Source of the DNA: the human T2T-CHM13v2.0 reference genome, Homo sapiens
Length of the DNA stretch: 64,000 bases
Assembly (NCBI RefSeq): GCF_009914755.1
Contig: NC_060932.1
Reading direction: 5' to 3' (one strand)
The notes beneath the pieces are model-generated. The model saw only the letters and a list, made by a program, of their open reading frames with translations, was not told where the DNA came from and did no database searches. Positions 23,859 to 40,907 of this stretch are shown one piece after another. Both the position numbers and the translations under genes were made by a program. Position 1 is the stretch's first letter, and every line of letters begins with the position of its first letter.

Positions 23859-24879
23859 GGGGTGGAGCCAAGATGGCCGAATAGGAACAGCTCCAGTCTA
23901 CAGCTCCCAGCATGAGCGACGCAGAAGACTGGTGATTTCTGCATTTCCAACTGACGTACCGGGTTCATCTCACTGGGGAGTGACGGACAGTGGGTACAGG
24001 ACAGTGGGTGCAGCGCACCGTGCATGAGCCGAAGCAGGGCGAGACATCGCCTCACCCAGGAAGCACAAGGGGTCAGGGAATTCCCTTTCCTAGTCAAAGA
24101 AAGGGGTGACAGCCGGCACCTGGAAAATCAGGTCACTCCCACCCTAATACTGCCCTTTTCCAACAGGCTTCACAAACGGCATAACAGGAGACCATATCCC
24201 ACGCATGGCTTGGAGGGTCCCATGCCCACTGAGCCTTACTCATTGCGAGCACAGCAGTCTGAGATCAAACTGCAAGGCGGCAGCGAGGCTGGGGGAGGGG
24301 TGCCCGCCATTGGTCAGGCTTGAGTAGATAAACAAAGCGGCCTGGAAGCTCGAACTGGGTGGAGCCCACCACAGCTCAAGGAGGCCTGCCTGCCTCTGTA
24401 GGCTCCACCTCTGGGGGCAGGGCACAGACAAACAAAAGGCAGTAGAAACCTCTGCAGACTTAAATGTCTGACAGCTTTGAAGAGAGTAGTGGTTCTCCCA
24501 GCACACCACTTGAGATCTGAGAACAGGCAGACTGCCTCTTCAAGTGGGTCCCTGACCCCTGAGTAGCCTAACTGGGAGGCACCCCCCAGTAGGGGTGGAC
24601 TGACACCTCACACGGCTGGGTACTCCTCTGAGACAAAACTTCCAGAGGAACGATCAGGCAGCAGCATTTGTGGTTCACCAATATCCGCTGTTCTGCAGCC
24701 ACTGCTGCTGATACCCAGGCAAACAGAGTCTGGAGAGGACCTTCAGTAAACTCCAACAGACCTGCAACTGAGGGTCCTGACTGTTAGAAGGAAAACTAAC
24801 AAACAGAAAGGACATCCACACCAAAAACCCATCTGTACATCACCATCATCAAAGACCAAAGGCAGATAAAACCACAAAG

Positions 24880-25892
24880 ATGGGGAAAAAACAGAGCAGA
24901 AAAACTGGAAACTCTAAAAAGCAGAGTGCCTCTCCTCCTCCAAAAGAATGCAGCTCCTCACCAGCAATGGAACAAAGCTGGATGGAGAATGACTTTGATG
25001 AGTTGAGACAAGAAGGCTTCAGAAGATCAAACTACTCTGAGCTAAAGGAGGAAGTTCGACCCAATGGCAAAGAAATTAAAAACTTTGAAAAAAAATTAGC
25101 CGAATGGATAACTAGAATAACCAATGCAGAGAAGTCCTTAAAGGACCTGATGGAGCTGAAAACCATGGCACGAGAACTATGTGACGAATGCACAAGCCTC
25201 AGTAACTGATGCCATCAACTGGAAGAAAGGGTATCAGCGATGGAAGACGAAACAAATGAAATGAAGCATGAAGAGAAGTTTAGAGAAAAAAGAATAAAAA
25301 GAAATGAACAAAGCCTCCAAGAAATATGGGACTATGTGAAAAGACCAAATCTACGACTGATTGGTGTACCTGAAAGTGACGGGGAGAATGGAACCAAGTT
25401 GGAAAACACTCTGCAGGATATTATCCAGGAGAACTTCCCCAATCTAGCAAGGCAGGCCAACATTCAAATTCAGGAAATACAGAGAACGCCACAAAGATAC
25501 TCCTCGAGAAGAGCAACTCCAAGACACATAATTGTCAGATTCACCAAAGTTGAAATGAAGGAAAAAATGTTAAGGGCAGCCAGAGAGAAAGGTCAGGTTA
25601 CCCACAAAGGGAAGCCCATCAGACTAACGGCTGATCTCTCAGCAGAAACTCTACAAGACAGAAGAGAGTGGGGGCCAATATTCAACATTCTTAAAGAAAA
25701 GAATTTTCAACCCAGAATTTCATATCCAGCCAAACTAAGCTTCACAAATGAAGGAGAAATAAAATACAGACAAGCAAATGCTGAGAGATTTTTATCACCA
25801 CGAGGCCTGCCCTAAAAGAGCTCCTGAAGGAAGCACTAAACATGGAAAGGAACAACCGATACCAGCCACTGCAAAATCATGCCAAATTGTAA
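24880..25892 (+). pseudogene. L1 ORF1p, disrupted
   Basis: MGKKQSRKTGNSK...; premature TGA at 25207-25209 (likely CGA>TGA); frameshift near 25766; native TAA at 25890-25892. Confidence 0.93.
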
Positions 25893-25940
25893 AGACCACC
25901 AAGGCTAGGAAGAAACTGCATCAACTAATGAGCAAAATAA

Positions 25941-29780
<3,840 letters not shown>

Positions 29781-30367
29781 ACAATGAGAACACATGGACA
29801 CAGGAAGGGGAACATCACACTCTGGGGACTGTTGTGGGATGGGGGAAGGGGGGAGGGATAGCTTTAGGAGATATATCTAATGCTAAATGACAAGTTAATG
29901 GGTGCAGTACACCAGCATGGCACATGTATACATATGTAACTAATCTGCACATTGTGCACATGTACCCTAAAACTTAAAGTATAATAATAATGAAATAAAA
30001 TAAAAAAAAGCAAGTCTGAACCACTATGCCTGGCCTGAATTATACAATTTAAATGAGTGAATTATGTTATGTGAATATTATCTCAAGCTATTAAAAGAGA
30101 AATTGTTGTTCTAGTCACATGCTCAATAATCACATATGACAAATAGTTTAAAGAAAAGTGATCCTTTTAGGATCCTAAATATTTATGTTATATGAAAAAC
30201 TGCTATAGAATAGTGTGCATAGTATGCTCTTTTGTGTAAAAATGAGGAAAAAAAAATCAGTCTCTTGACGGGTACAGAAGAAACTAATAACAGAACTTAC
30301 CTATTTTGGAGAGGTTTGGTGGAAACAAGTGACTTAGAGTAGGAGGAATAATTGAAACTCTGTTTCC

Positions 30368-30460
30368 GTATACACAAGTATATGTGCATATGCATGTACA
30401 CATATATCTCCATATATATGTACATGTGCATATATGTATATATGTATGTATATGCATATA
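30368..30460. repeat. Degenerate (TA/TG/CA)n simple repeat
   Basis: Alternating purine-pyrimidine tract. A similar tract lies at ~34010-34150. Confidence 0.8.
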
Positions 30461-33400
30461 ATTTTTAGTGGGATGAGTGAAAAATTGTATTTGTATTGCA
30501 AATATATTACTTATTTAAAAAACAGACTTTGAATAAAACTTTCAACAGCTTAAAATGCTTAGTTAAAATACACTTACTGTAGAGTTCTACATCTATATTC
30601 TCTGAATTTTCCATATAAAAAAATACACAAAACACAGCTATACCATTAGCTTTTTGTATTATATTTCCCTTGTTTCTCACACTCAGGAGCTAGATGGGGG
30701 AGAGTTTTCCATAGTCGGTGGTTCTGAAGAAGCAAAAGCTCAGTATGTTTCTAGCCTTTATTAAACATTGCTACAGTTGCTAAGATTCAGAACTACCCAA
30801 GGGCCCAAGATCTGGGTTTGACCTTGTGCTTCTCACCTTCAAATTATTGCACTATGACATCAGGAGTAGAATACAGGATGGATGGGTAAATGAGAGAAGA
30901 GCACTTTCACTAAGTAAGGAAGATCTTATTAATCCAAGGCTTGCCATATGGCAGGAAGTGTGGGAAAGGTACATGACAGCTTAATGGAAGTTGCTGAAAT
31001 ATGGACTACCTTCCATTTTTTTCAGAGGCTTTTAAGTGCAAAATGTCTAATAGGTGCAGAAAGTACTTCTGGTTGTGATGTTCACATTTGTCAAAAGGCC
31101 TCCACCAGCTGTACAAAGCCAAGGCAGATAGATGCCCAATGATTTCTTCTTGAAATCCTATTCTACTCTCATTCATGGACATCCAACTGAAGAAATATGT
31201 ACGGAACACCTTTAACAATCTGCTGCCCTCTGAAGCACAAAGCTGCTCATTAGGGGCAATGTCAGGTAACAGTTCAGCTCGGTTCTTGAGGCAGGCTGCC
31301 TGGTGTGAATCCCAGTTCAGCTTTTTTGCTGTTTGTCCAACATCAGTTACTGAGATTTTCTAAGGCTGAACATCCCCATCTGATAGAGGAGATCAGTTTA
31401 TCTACCTAGTAGGATTGTAGAGTTAACGGATTGTAAAGTTAACAAATACAGAATAATTCCTGGCTTGTCATTACTATGTCACACCCAAGCTTAAAACCCT
31501 TCATGTGACCTCTCAGTGTCCTTAGATTAGTCTGAAATGCCAAATGTGGTTGATGATGGCTTCCCTTATAATCCATCTTTCCAGTCTCTCTAACACCGCT
31601 CTTGCTTCCCTCTGTTCATACTCCAGCCACATTCCCATGTATCAGAAGTCCCAACTTTCTTCTTCAGGAACTTCACATATTCTATTTCTCTCCTTCGAAG
31701 ATTCTTACTTTCTTCCTTACAGAACAAAAGCAAAACTCCCATTGAAGTCTGAATTTAAATTACACACAATTAGGCCTGGTTTAGATCCCCTACATTGAAT
31801 TTCCGTAGCATCCTGGACTTCTTTGTAGCACTAATCACATTGACAATTAAACATATATTTCTGTATTTTTAAAATGTTCTCCCCACCCTAGATTGACTGT
31901 AAGTATATGTATGGTGCTGGCATTTAATAGATGCTGGAGAAATATTGGCTGAATAAATAAATGAATGGATGAATTCAAATCTACTGTGCAACTTGTGTTA
32001 CACAGTAATAGACATAGTTCCAAGTTTATCAATAGGGGCCTGATGTACAAGTCTTGGATAATGTTGAACGACAATACTTCTGGCATGTTTTGTTGTAGAT
32101 CCCAGCAGCTGCTGATGTGCCTATCTCCTGAAGTATGTAGCTCTCAAAGACAGAAGCTGATGGTTGAACTACAATAAATCTAACATAAAATCTGCAGAAA
32201 TTAAAAATAATTTTAAAAGATTGGTTATTCTGTGTTCTACAAACCCACCTAGCCTGGTGAACATCATTCTCTGTTGCACATAGTGTGTAAGAATTCACCT
32301 AGAAGTTGACACTTTAGGGGTGTTACTACTTACAATTATCTGAGTGCTGATAATGCTCAAGATTATGCACGTGGCACCTGACCTCTCTGTGCTACATTCC
32401 AGATAAGCATCTCTGTCTACACCTGGATGTAGACAGGTGTAGACCTGGATGTCACTTTGTTTTGGTCTTTCTCCAGTGGTTGTCAGTGCTTCCTGCTCAG
32501 AATCAGCCTATCTCATTACCACATATGCCAGTGGGTCTTTCTGCTACAGAGGTGTCTTAGCTGCACTATGCTTCAAGTAGGGTGTGTGGTTGTCCTGTAT
32601 CAGTGTTTCAACCTGCCTGTCTACTATTATTTCCCTCTGAGCCGTAGCTTCAGCATCTATAGGTGAAGGCACCAATAATCTTGATCCAGTGGTTTCCACA
32701 ATAGCTTCTGTGCAACACGTAAGTTAGCATGATCAGTGTCTCTAGAAACAACATGGAGAGGTAGGTACGAGCATGAACTGTGAAGTGAGATGAACCTGGG
32801 TTCATTTCTGCCATTGACATGTACTAGCTGTGTGGTTTTGATAAATCTGAGCCAGTTTCATCAGCTTTTAAATGACCATCTTGCAGAATGTAAAAATAAT
32901 TTAGTGAAAAATGTATGTAAAGTGATTAACATGGTGACTATTACTACTATGACTATTACCAGTACTACTGCTACTATTAATATTTCAGGTTATGCATGAG
33001 CTGAATGAATTTCACTAATCCATAAGATCTATGGCAGGTATCCAGAGACCACTGTCCTACAATTAAAAGTGCCTTAAAATATCCAAATAGACAGTTCTGT
33101 ACTCTTTTGGGAAGCCCTCAGGCAATTCTTCAGAATCTTCATGCTGATAGATCTGTTTAGGTTCAAATGATGTTGAAGAAAAGAAGGGCAGATGAAAAGT
33201 GAGGACAGATAAAAGACTTGTAAATTGAAACTTATACTTGAGAATCACGTGGAAGCCCTTGTTATCTATTTTGCAAATTAGTTTGCTTTTTAAATTTCCA
33301 AAAAGCTCTGCTTTCTTAGCTAGCAAGTCAGCAGGAAGCAAGGTTTTGGTGAGTTTCTTATGCATACTGCATATTCATAATAATTCATTTCATAAAGTAT

Positions 33401-36400
33401 ATAAACACATGTGTAATATATCCTTAGGTACAAATACATAGGCTCCTGCTTGGAGTCTGATTTTCAAAATTACCATTTGTCAGCACTAGATAGCTTTGCC
33501 CCAGGGCTACTAAAGATGGTGGAGAACAGAGAAAGAGGCATGGTGGCTTCTGTACAGATGGCTATTGTCCCTTCTCCCCAGTGCCCTTGTAGCTTTCACA
33601 TGGGGGATATTTTCCCTGGTATGGTGTAAGTAGAAGCAGCATATCAGGCCCATTGGCAGGTGAATTGACTATAGGGTGTTTTCAGTAACATTTCAAGGTA
33701 GAGGAACATGTTCATATTCTTCATCTTGGGTGTTTTTGAAGTTTTAACCCACTCGGTTGGGCATGGGTGAGATGATAAAATGATTGTTCCAAGTCTTGAA
33801 TTCCAGATATTAGACTCAGGGTAGGGTCATATTTGCTTCATCTACCCATAAAGCTTCCCTTCTTTGGACTTGGGGCCCACTGCCATGACGATTTTTACTT
33901 AATTTTACAGATAACTTGTATCTCAGTGAATTTTAATCTGAAACTTATATGAAACAATATCTGCCACCATCTTTGGTAATTTACAGAGATGAATTTATGA
34001 TGCTTGTAAATATACTTGTGCATGAATATATATACACATACATGCATATACATATCTATATCTATGTAAATGTAATATATACATACATAAAATAGGTGTA
34101 CAAACATACATATCTCTGTGTGTGTGTGTATATATGTGTGTGTATTTATGCTGTCCAATGAAAGAAATTTCAGTTTTTGTAAAATTATTTTATAAATCTT
34201 ACAACTTACAAACAATATTTGTATAGCTATTCTTGACCAGCTCAGAAATGGAAGAGAATCTTCTGCAGATACCCTCCTGTGCCACTGCACCTAAACATTA
34301 AAATTATGTTATGTATATTATGTTGTATTGTATGTATCACAGACTGATGATAATCCTGAAGCAAGTTGCTAGGGGCCTCACATTACAGCTATGGAGGTTC
34401 AGATTTCCACCTTATCCCATTTCTGAGGCATCCCATTTGGGGGTTGTCTGCGCTGGGGAGCAGAGGAGAGATGCCAATTTTTCACTTCTCACCTATAGGG
34501 AAGTGATATCTCCTGAGGCTGCAAGCTGTGTTCATTTCTTCCTTTAGGCTTACTGGCCAATTCCAGGACTCTGAGCTATTTGTGACTATTGGGATTATAC
34601 TTTCTCAACCTCAGCAGCCTTCTGTGGATTGATACTTAGAAGTTTCCAGCACACTGAATATGAGTTCTGCTGTCGTTGCTCTTTTGACATCAGGCAAAGA
34701 CAACATGTTTCAGTCCAGATGGTGTCAGTTTAATCACTGGCACCTAATGTAGCGTGATATACTAGTATTGACCCAATGTACATTACGGGTAATTTTCTGA
34801 GATTTTGCTTTGGAGAAGAGAATAGAGAAGATTTTGGAGAAAAAAAATATTTGTAGTGGTATGAAAAGCTGACCTAAGATTTTTATTTTCTAAACTAGCA
34901 TCAAATATGTAAATATTGCCATTTTAATAGTAGTAATAATCATTTATTGAAAACCTAAAATGTGCCATTGAATGTAACTGGCTGCTTTGAATGTGCTCAT
35001 AATCTTTAAATTCTATACTCTTTGCCATGCATGGTCTGCATGGCAATAGTAACAGCTAGGAATAGTGGTTTTGTGTTAGGTAAAAGAAAATTCAACAAAA
35101 TGAGACAGTAAAGGAAGAAATCAACTTTTCTTGTGTAACAGTTTTTTCTAAAGCAGAAAGTCTGAGCAGATAATCAAGAGACTCATCCAAGAGCCCAGGC
35201 CCCTTCTATCTTTCTCCTATGCTCTCTTTAACGTGGAGTTTTTGTCTTTATGGCCACAAGATGGTTGCTGCGTCTCCAGATACTGCAGCATCACTGTTCC
35301 AGGCAAGAAGAAAGAAGTCTAAAGGGCAAATCTAAGAGTTTGATATTGTTTTCAATTCAGAGAGAAAGGCTCTCCACTGGGAATTATGCCTCATCTCATT
35401 GGCTAGAGCTGTGTCACATGGCCAGCCTCATGCAAGGTAATCAAAGATATTAGGAGCAAACAGGGCAGAATGGGAGTCAGTCAGTGTCTGCCTCAATAAC
35501 TGCATCTTACACCACTCTGTGCATCATTCCCTGTGCTTCAGTCACACTGGTTTCCTTCAATGTGGCAAGCTCTTGTCTCCTCAGAGGATCTTTGCACTTA
35601 CAGCTTTTTCTGCTTGGAATATGCTAAGCAGAGCCATGGCTATACTATGTCAGGTGGTACCCCTACTATTCCTAACCAGTTATTCTCTATGTCATGACTC
35701 TAGCCCCTGTCCATAATGATACCATTTATTTGTTTACTTGTGTAATATCTGATTATGTGAACTCTCCATACAGCTGTTTTCTATTTTTTCTGTTGCTCAT
35801 CCCTGTGTTCCTAGCACCAAACATGTCAGCTGCATAGAAAGTGCTAAATAGAAGTTAATTAATTGAATATTCTATTTTGTCTAATATTTTCAGAAGTCCA
35901 GTGGATAGGTAGCCACTTGCTTGCAGTCACAGAAGTATTGAATGTATCAGAGCCAGAATTAGAACCTATGTTTGCTGGCTCTTTCCAAAAACACTGTTTC
36001 TCACAGAAGGAGGCTCATCTGGCAGTTCTCAGAAGTCTATTTCAGAGCCCAAGGTCATGCTCTCCACCAAGCTAATTGATTTGTTTGTCACTTCCATAAT
36101 AGCCTGGGGTTACTGACATTAGCACTTCTCTAGAAAGCCAGTTTTTCATTTGATTCTCCCAAGAAGGCCAGAAGCGAGAGTATTTGTGGTTTCCCTTGAA
36201 TGGCTTCATCCTCAATGATGGAAAATTAACTTCATTTTGCTGACCAGTAAATGGAAAACTGAAGTCCTTGTCCTTAAGATATTGATTAACAAACCTTTTT
36301 TTCTCAGAGGTAAAAAAGTTACTATTTTCAGAGAAAGGATGGCTTTTCGATTCAGTTTAGTTATTTCCAAGCATTAGTTCTAAATTGTAGTCAAAATCCA

Positions 36401-36507
36401 TTTTGCATATAAATCCTGTTTAATGAGACACTCTCCTGATACACCTTCTATGAAACTATTGACCAAAGGCTCTGGTACTGGAAAATGACTCTGACATTAG
36501 AAATGGA

Positions 36508-36778
36508 TCAGCTCTGGTGATCTAGTGTACAGCATGGTGGCTATAGCTAATAATACCACACTGTATACTTGAAATTGGCTAAGAAGTTTGATCATTAAGT
36601 ATTCGTACCACACACATATACACTAAATAGTTAACTATGTGAGGTGATATGTTAATTAGCTTGATTGCAATAGTCATTTCACAAAGTCTATATACAAACA
36701 TCAAAACATTACATTGTACCCCTCATATATGTACAATTTTTTACTTGTCAAGTATAACTCAATGAAGCTGAAAAAAAA
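36508..36778 (+). mobile_element. L1MA 3' end
   Basis: gatctagtgtacagcatggtggctatagctaataa...aactatgtgaggtgat..gttaattagcttgattg...tcaatgaagctgaaaaaa. Confidence 0.8.
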
Positions 36779-36940
36779 GCCAGGCAACCATGGCTCATAC
36801 CTGTAATCCCAGCCCTTTGTGGGTCTGAGGTGGAAGTGTCACTTGAGCCTGGGAGGTTGAGGCTGCAGTGAGCTGAGATAGTGTCACTGCACTTCAGCCT
36901 GGGTGACAGAGTGAGACCTTGTCAAAGGAAAAAAAAAAAA
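36779..36940 (+). mobile_element. Monomeric Alu (FRAM/FAM-like, ~160 bp) at the L1MA tail
   Basis: Alu start (ggctcatacctgtaatcccagc) runs directly into the right-arm end (gaggctgcagtgagc...gagtgagaccttgtc) and an A tail. Confidence 0.8.
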
Positions 36941-37504
36941 GCAAAGAAATGGATGAGGTCTCATTAGTTGTCTTATCCTCTTGGCAATTCAAAATTTCTC
37001 CCTCTTGCACACTTGGTAATCTCTCCAGTCCATTTTGAGAGCTCTGAATGTGTTTCTATTCCCACTCTGGAAGCTTTGCTGCACATCTGGAAGGCTTATT
37101 TTTGTTATTATTGTTGTTTATTTTTCTGTCAGCCATGCTTCTCTGTCTGCTTCTGCCTGAATCACCACCAGAACACAGACTTTTAAAAGCCTTCAAATTC
37201 TTTTTGAAAATTTTCACGGGTTTGTGTTTAATTTATCTTGGAATAAGAAATAAAGACCCAGCTTGATTTTTCTTCCAATTTGTTCCCAAACATTTTCTTC
37301 AATTTTACATCTTTTTCCCATTGGCTTGAAATGCCACATTTACCATGTATTAAATTTCTATCTGTATTTGGTTCTAGTTCTTCATTTTCTTTAGTTCCAT
37401 TGAAATTGATACTCCTTTGTAGTATAAAATGTTTTATATACCAAAGTTTTGCTCATCTGGTAGAGGTAATTCTCCTCAATGCTGTTTTATAGAATTTCCC
37501 CACA

Positions 37505-38900
37505 CATTCTGCATTCATTCAGCAACTATTTATTGAAAATTTTACCATGTGCCATACACTATTCTAGGCCCTGGAGATATGGTAGAAAACAAAACAGAAA
37601 AAGTCCTTGTGTTTGTGGAGCCTACAGTTTTGGTAGAGGATACAGACAATCTATAGGAAATTAGGACTTGGAGAAAATTAGAGAAAGGTAAAGGAAAGCA
37701 GGGTGCCAGGAGCCCTGGAGGGTGGTTTTAAGTGAGGCATCACTGAAGTGACATTTGAATGGAGATTTCAAGGAGGTAGAAATTAGCTATTTGGGGGATG
37801 AACATTCTATGCGGAACAAAGAGCAGGCACAAAGTTGCTGATATGAGTACGCACCTTGTTTCTTAGAAAAATAACAAAGAGGCCAATGGGTCAAAGTGAA
37901 CAAAGTGGGCAGGGAGAGTATTAGGATACAGGTTCAGAGGGTGATGTAGGCCAGATGGTGTCAGACACTGAAGGCCATTGTAGAGATGTTGGCTTTTACC
38001 CTGCCCAACGTTGGAAATTATGAGAAGGTTTTGTCTAGTAGAGTGACATGATATGCCTTAGGTTTTAAAATAAATGAGGCCGGGCATGGTGGCTCATGCC
38101 TGTAATCCCAGCACTTTGGGAGGCTGAGGCAGGTGGACCACTTGAGGCCAGGGGTTCAAGACCAGCCTGGCCAACATGGTGAAACCCTATCTTTAATAAA
38201 AATACAAAAATTAGCTGGGCATGGTAGTGAACATCTGTAATCCTAACTACTCGGGAGGCTGAGGCAGGAGAATCACTTGAACCCAGGAGGTGGAAGTTGC
38301 AGTGAGCACCACTGCACACCAGCCTGAGCGACGGAGCAAGACTCCATCCCCCCAACCCCCAAAAATAATAATAAATAAAAATAAAACATAAAAGAAATGA
38401 CCTGACTGCTTTTTTAAGAGTATACTGTGGGGTAGCGGCAGATACAAGAGAGCAGTTGAGAGACCACAGCTGTATCCAGGTAGAGAGATGATGGTAGCTT
38501 GGAGCAGAGTGATGGTAGTGGAGGTTATAAGAGGTGGACAGAATCTGAATATATTTTCAAGGCAAAATTGGAAGTATTTTATGACTGATAGGATGTGGGG
38601 TATTGGAAAAAGAAAGACATCTTTAAAAACTCTAAGGATATTTTTGGTCTAAACCAAAGGACGATTGGAATTGCTGCTAAATGAGATAAGGAAGGCTGCA
38701 GGTGGAATGGCTTAGGGAAAGTCAGGGCTCTGCCTGGATATGTTCTTCTATGATATCTTTTGTCATCTGATTGAAGATATTAAGTAGGGAGTTGAAGACA
38801 TGCATCTGGAGACTGAGGAGATGTCTGAGGAGATGTCTGAAGTGGATCTGTACATTTATGGGATTTTGGTATATTGATGACATTTAAAACATGAGATAGG
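37505..38900. mobile_element. L2 relic interrupted by an Alu
   Basis: cattcattcagcaactatttattga...gaagtgacatttgaa...gagagatgatggtagcttgga...ggatgtggggt. Confidence 0.7.
38078..38388 (+). mobile_element. AluS (Sx/Sz-like)
   Basis: Dimeric Alu with a short right-arm deletion. TSD TAAAATAAATGA (38066-38077) / TAAAAGAAATGA (38389-38400). Confidence 0.92.
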
Positions 38901-40678
38901 CTTTTATGATTTTTTGAAAAAATATGCCTAAATCAAAATTTAAATCAAAATTCAATTAACTTTATAGATGAAATAGATAAACTACTCAGCCTCCCGAGTA
39001 GTTGGGATTACAAACATAATTAGGGAGAACTGATGTCATTGAGTTTTCTCACTCAAAATAAAAAATCTTCCATTTTCCAATTATTCAAGACTTCTTTTTA
39101 GTCCTCAATCTGATTTTTATGTCTTCTTCATATAGATAGTACACATTTCTTATTAAGTTTATTCCTAGATATTTTTATAACTTCTTGTTATGAAATATGA
39201 ACATAATATTCTCTGAATTGGGGTCAGCACTTTTTTTGGTAAAGGCCAGATAGTAAATGTTTCAGTCTTTTCAGGACCCTGTCACATATGTGTGTGGTGG
39301 TGTGTGTGTTTTGCAATCCCTCTACCATTTAGGGGCTGGGCACAGTGGCTCACACCTGTAATCCCAGCACTTTGGGAACCTTGGAGAGATCAATTTTAGT
39401 AGGATAATTAAGGTGGAGTCTAAATTTCAAGAGGTTAGACCTGAGTGATATATTAGGAATTAGAATTAAACAATTAGATAATAAGGAGAAAAGGAGCCAG
39501 CAGAAAGGAAGAGACTGCAATTATCAAAGGACAAATTTGGGACAGACATTTGTAAGGAATAAAATAGGGAACATATAAAAATTTTTAAAATGGGGGTTGT
39601 CCAGGAGCAGAGGCAAGCCAGAAATGCCTACATCTTGGCATGGTTTGCTTTGTGTATGATGCAAACTGTTAAAGTGTTTTGGGCACGGGTGCTTTCATTT
39701 GTTTCTTCATATGGCAAAGTGTAGAAATAAAAAATCCATGAGGAATGATGCCAGTGCAGTTGGTGATCCCCTATGCATTTGCCTGTTAAGTAAATGGGAA
39801 GTAAAAAGAGCCTTGAAGATATACAATCAGAGACGTTGCTGTTACAACAGAAAGTTGTGAAAAAATAAATAAACCTACTCAAAACATTTTTAGGCTGCTG
39901 AATGGAGTCTCAAATGCCTCTGCCAGCAAAAGATGCTGTTAGGTAGGTCTTCTCCGCTTCCATCCTTCTCTGTGACATGAACTGCCCTTCTTTACTTTAT
40001 TCAACTACTGGTAGAGAACGAAGACCAGAACTAGCTAGACCACAGTCAGTACTTTGCAACTGTCTTTGGCTGAAATCCTATAATGAACAAAGGAAGATAG
40101 ACGGCTCTGTGCAAAAAGGCCTCTTGGGCAGCTGTGATAGGAAGTGAATCCGAAAAACATGATCAAGAGCTTTTGTTTTCAATGGAACTCAAAACGCTCA
40201 TAATAGATAAACTAGAAACCACTGTAATTATAATTGGAAGTAGCAGTACTCAATCCAGAGCCAAGACTTGTGCCCATAATGTGAACTAGAGAATTAGCTT
40301 GGAGCTGGGTATGTGTACACATGTGTATATTCTGGGCTTTCTATTGCCTTAAGCAAGTGCAACATGGGATATTGACGTGAGCACTGCAAAGAATGAACCA
40401 TTTTAATTAATGTATTACCCTTCAGAGTCTGATCTTGCTTCAATATGGCATATGAGTTTTAAGTAACAACCAGTCATTTTCATATACACTGATCCATTTG
40501 ATGCCTCCAACAATCTGTGAAAAGTGCTGTCCTTATTACCATGGAAAAAACACTGGTCAAAGAATGAGCTAAGCTCAAGTATAATTAATACAAGCTCACA
40601 TTCACCAAGGACACACTGTGCACCCATCACTTTATATGTATTTTCTTTAATACCTGAAAATACACTGTGAGGTAGAGA

Positions 40679-40907
40679 TAGTAGTTCTCAACTAGAGGCT
40701 ATTTACCCCCAAGGTGATATTTGGTAATATCAGGAGACATTTTGGGTTGTCATAACTGGGGGTGAAAAGGTGAAAAAGGTTATGCTATTGGCATCTAATG
40801 AATAGAAGCCAGGAATGTTGCTTAATCTCCTACAATGCACATCACAGCTCCACACAAATAATTATCTCCAGCCCAAATGGTAATAGTACCAAGATGGAGA
40901 AACCCTG
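40679..40907. mobile_element. MER20 hAT MITE
   Basis: agtagttctcaact...ggagacattttgggttgtcataactggggg...cctacaatgcaca...gagaaaccctg. Confidence 0.85.
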
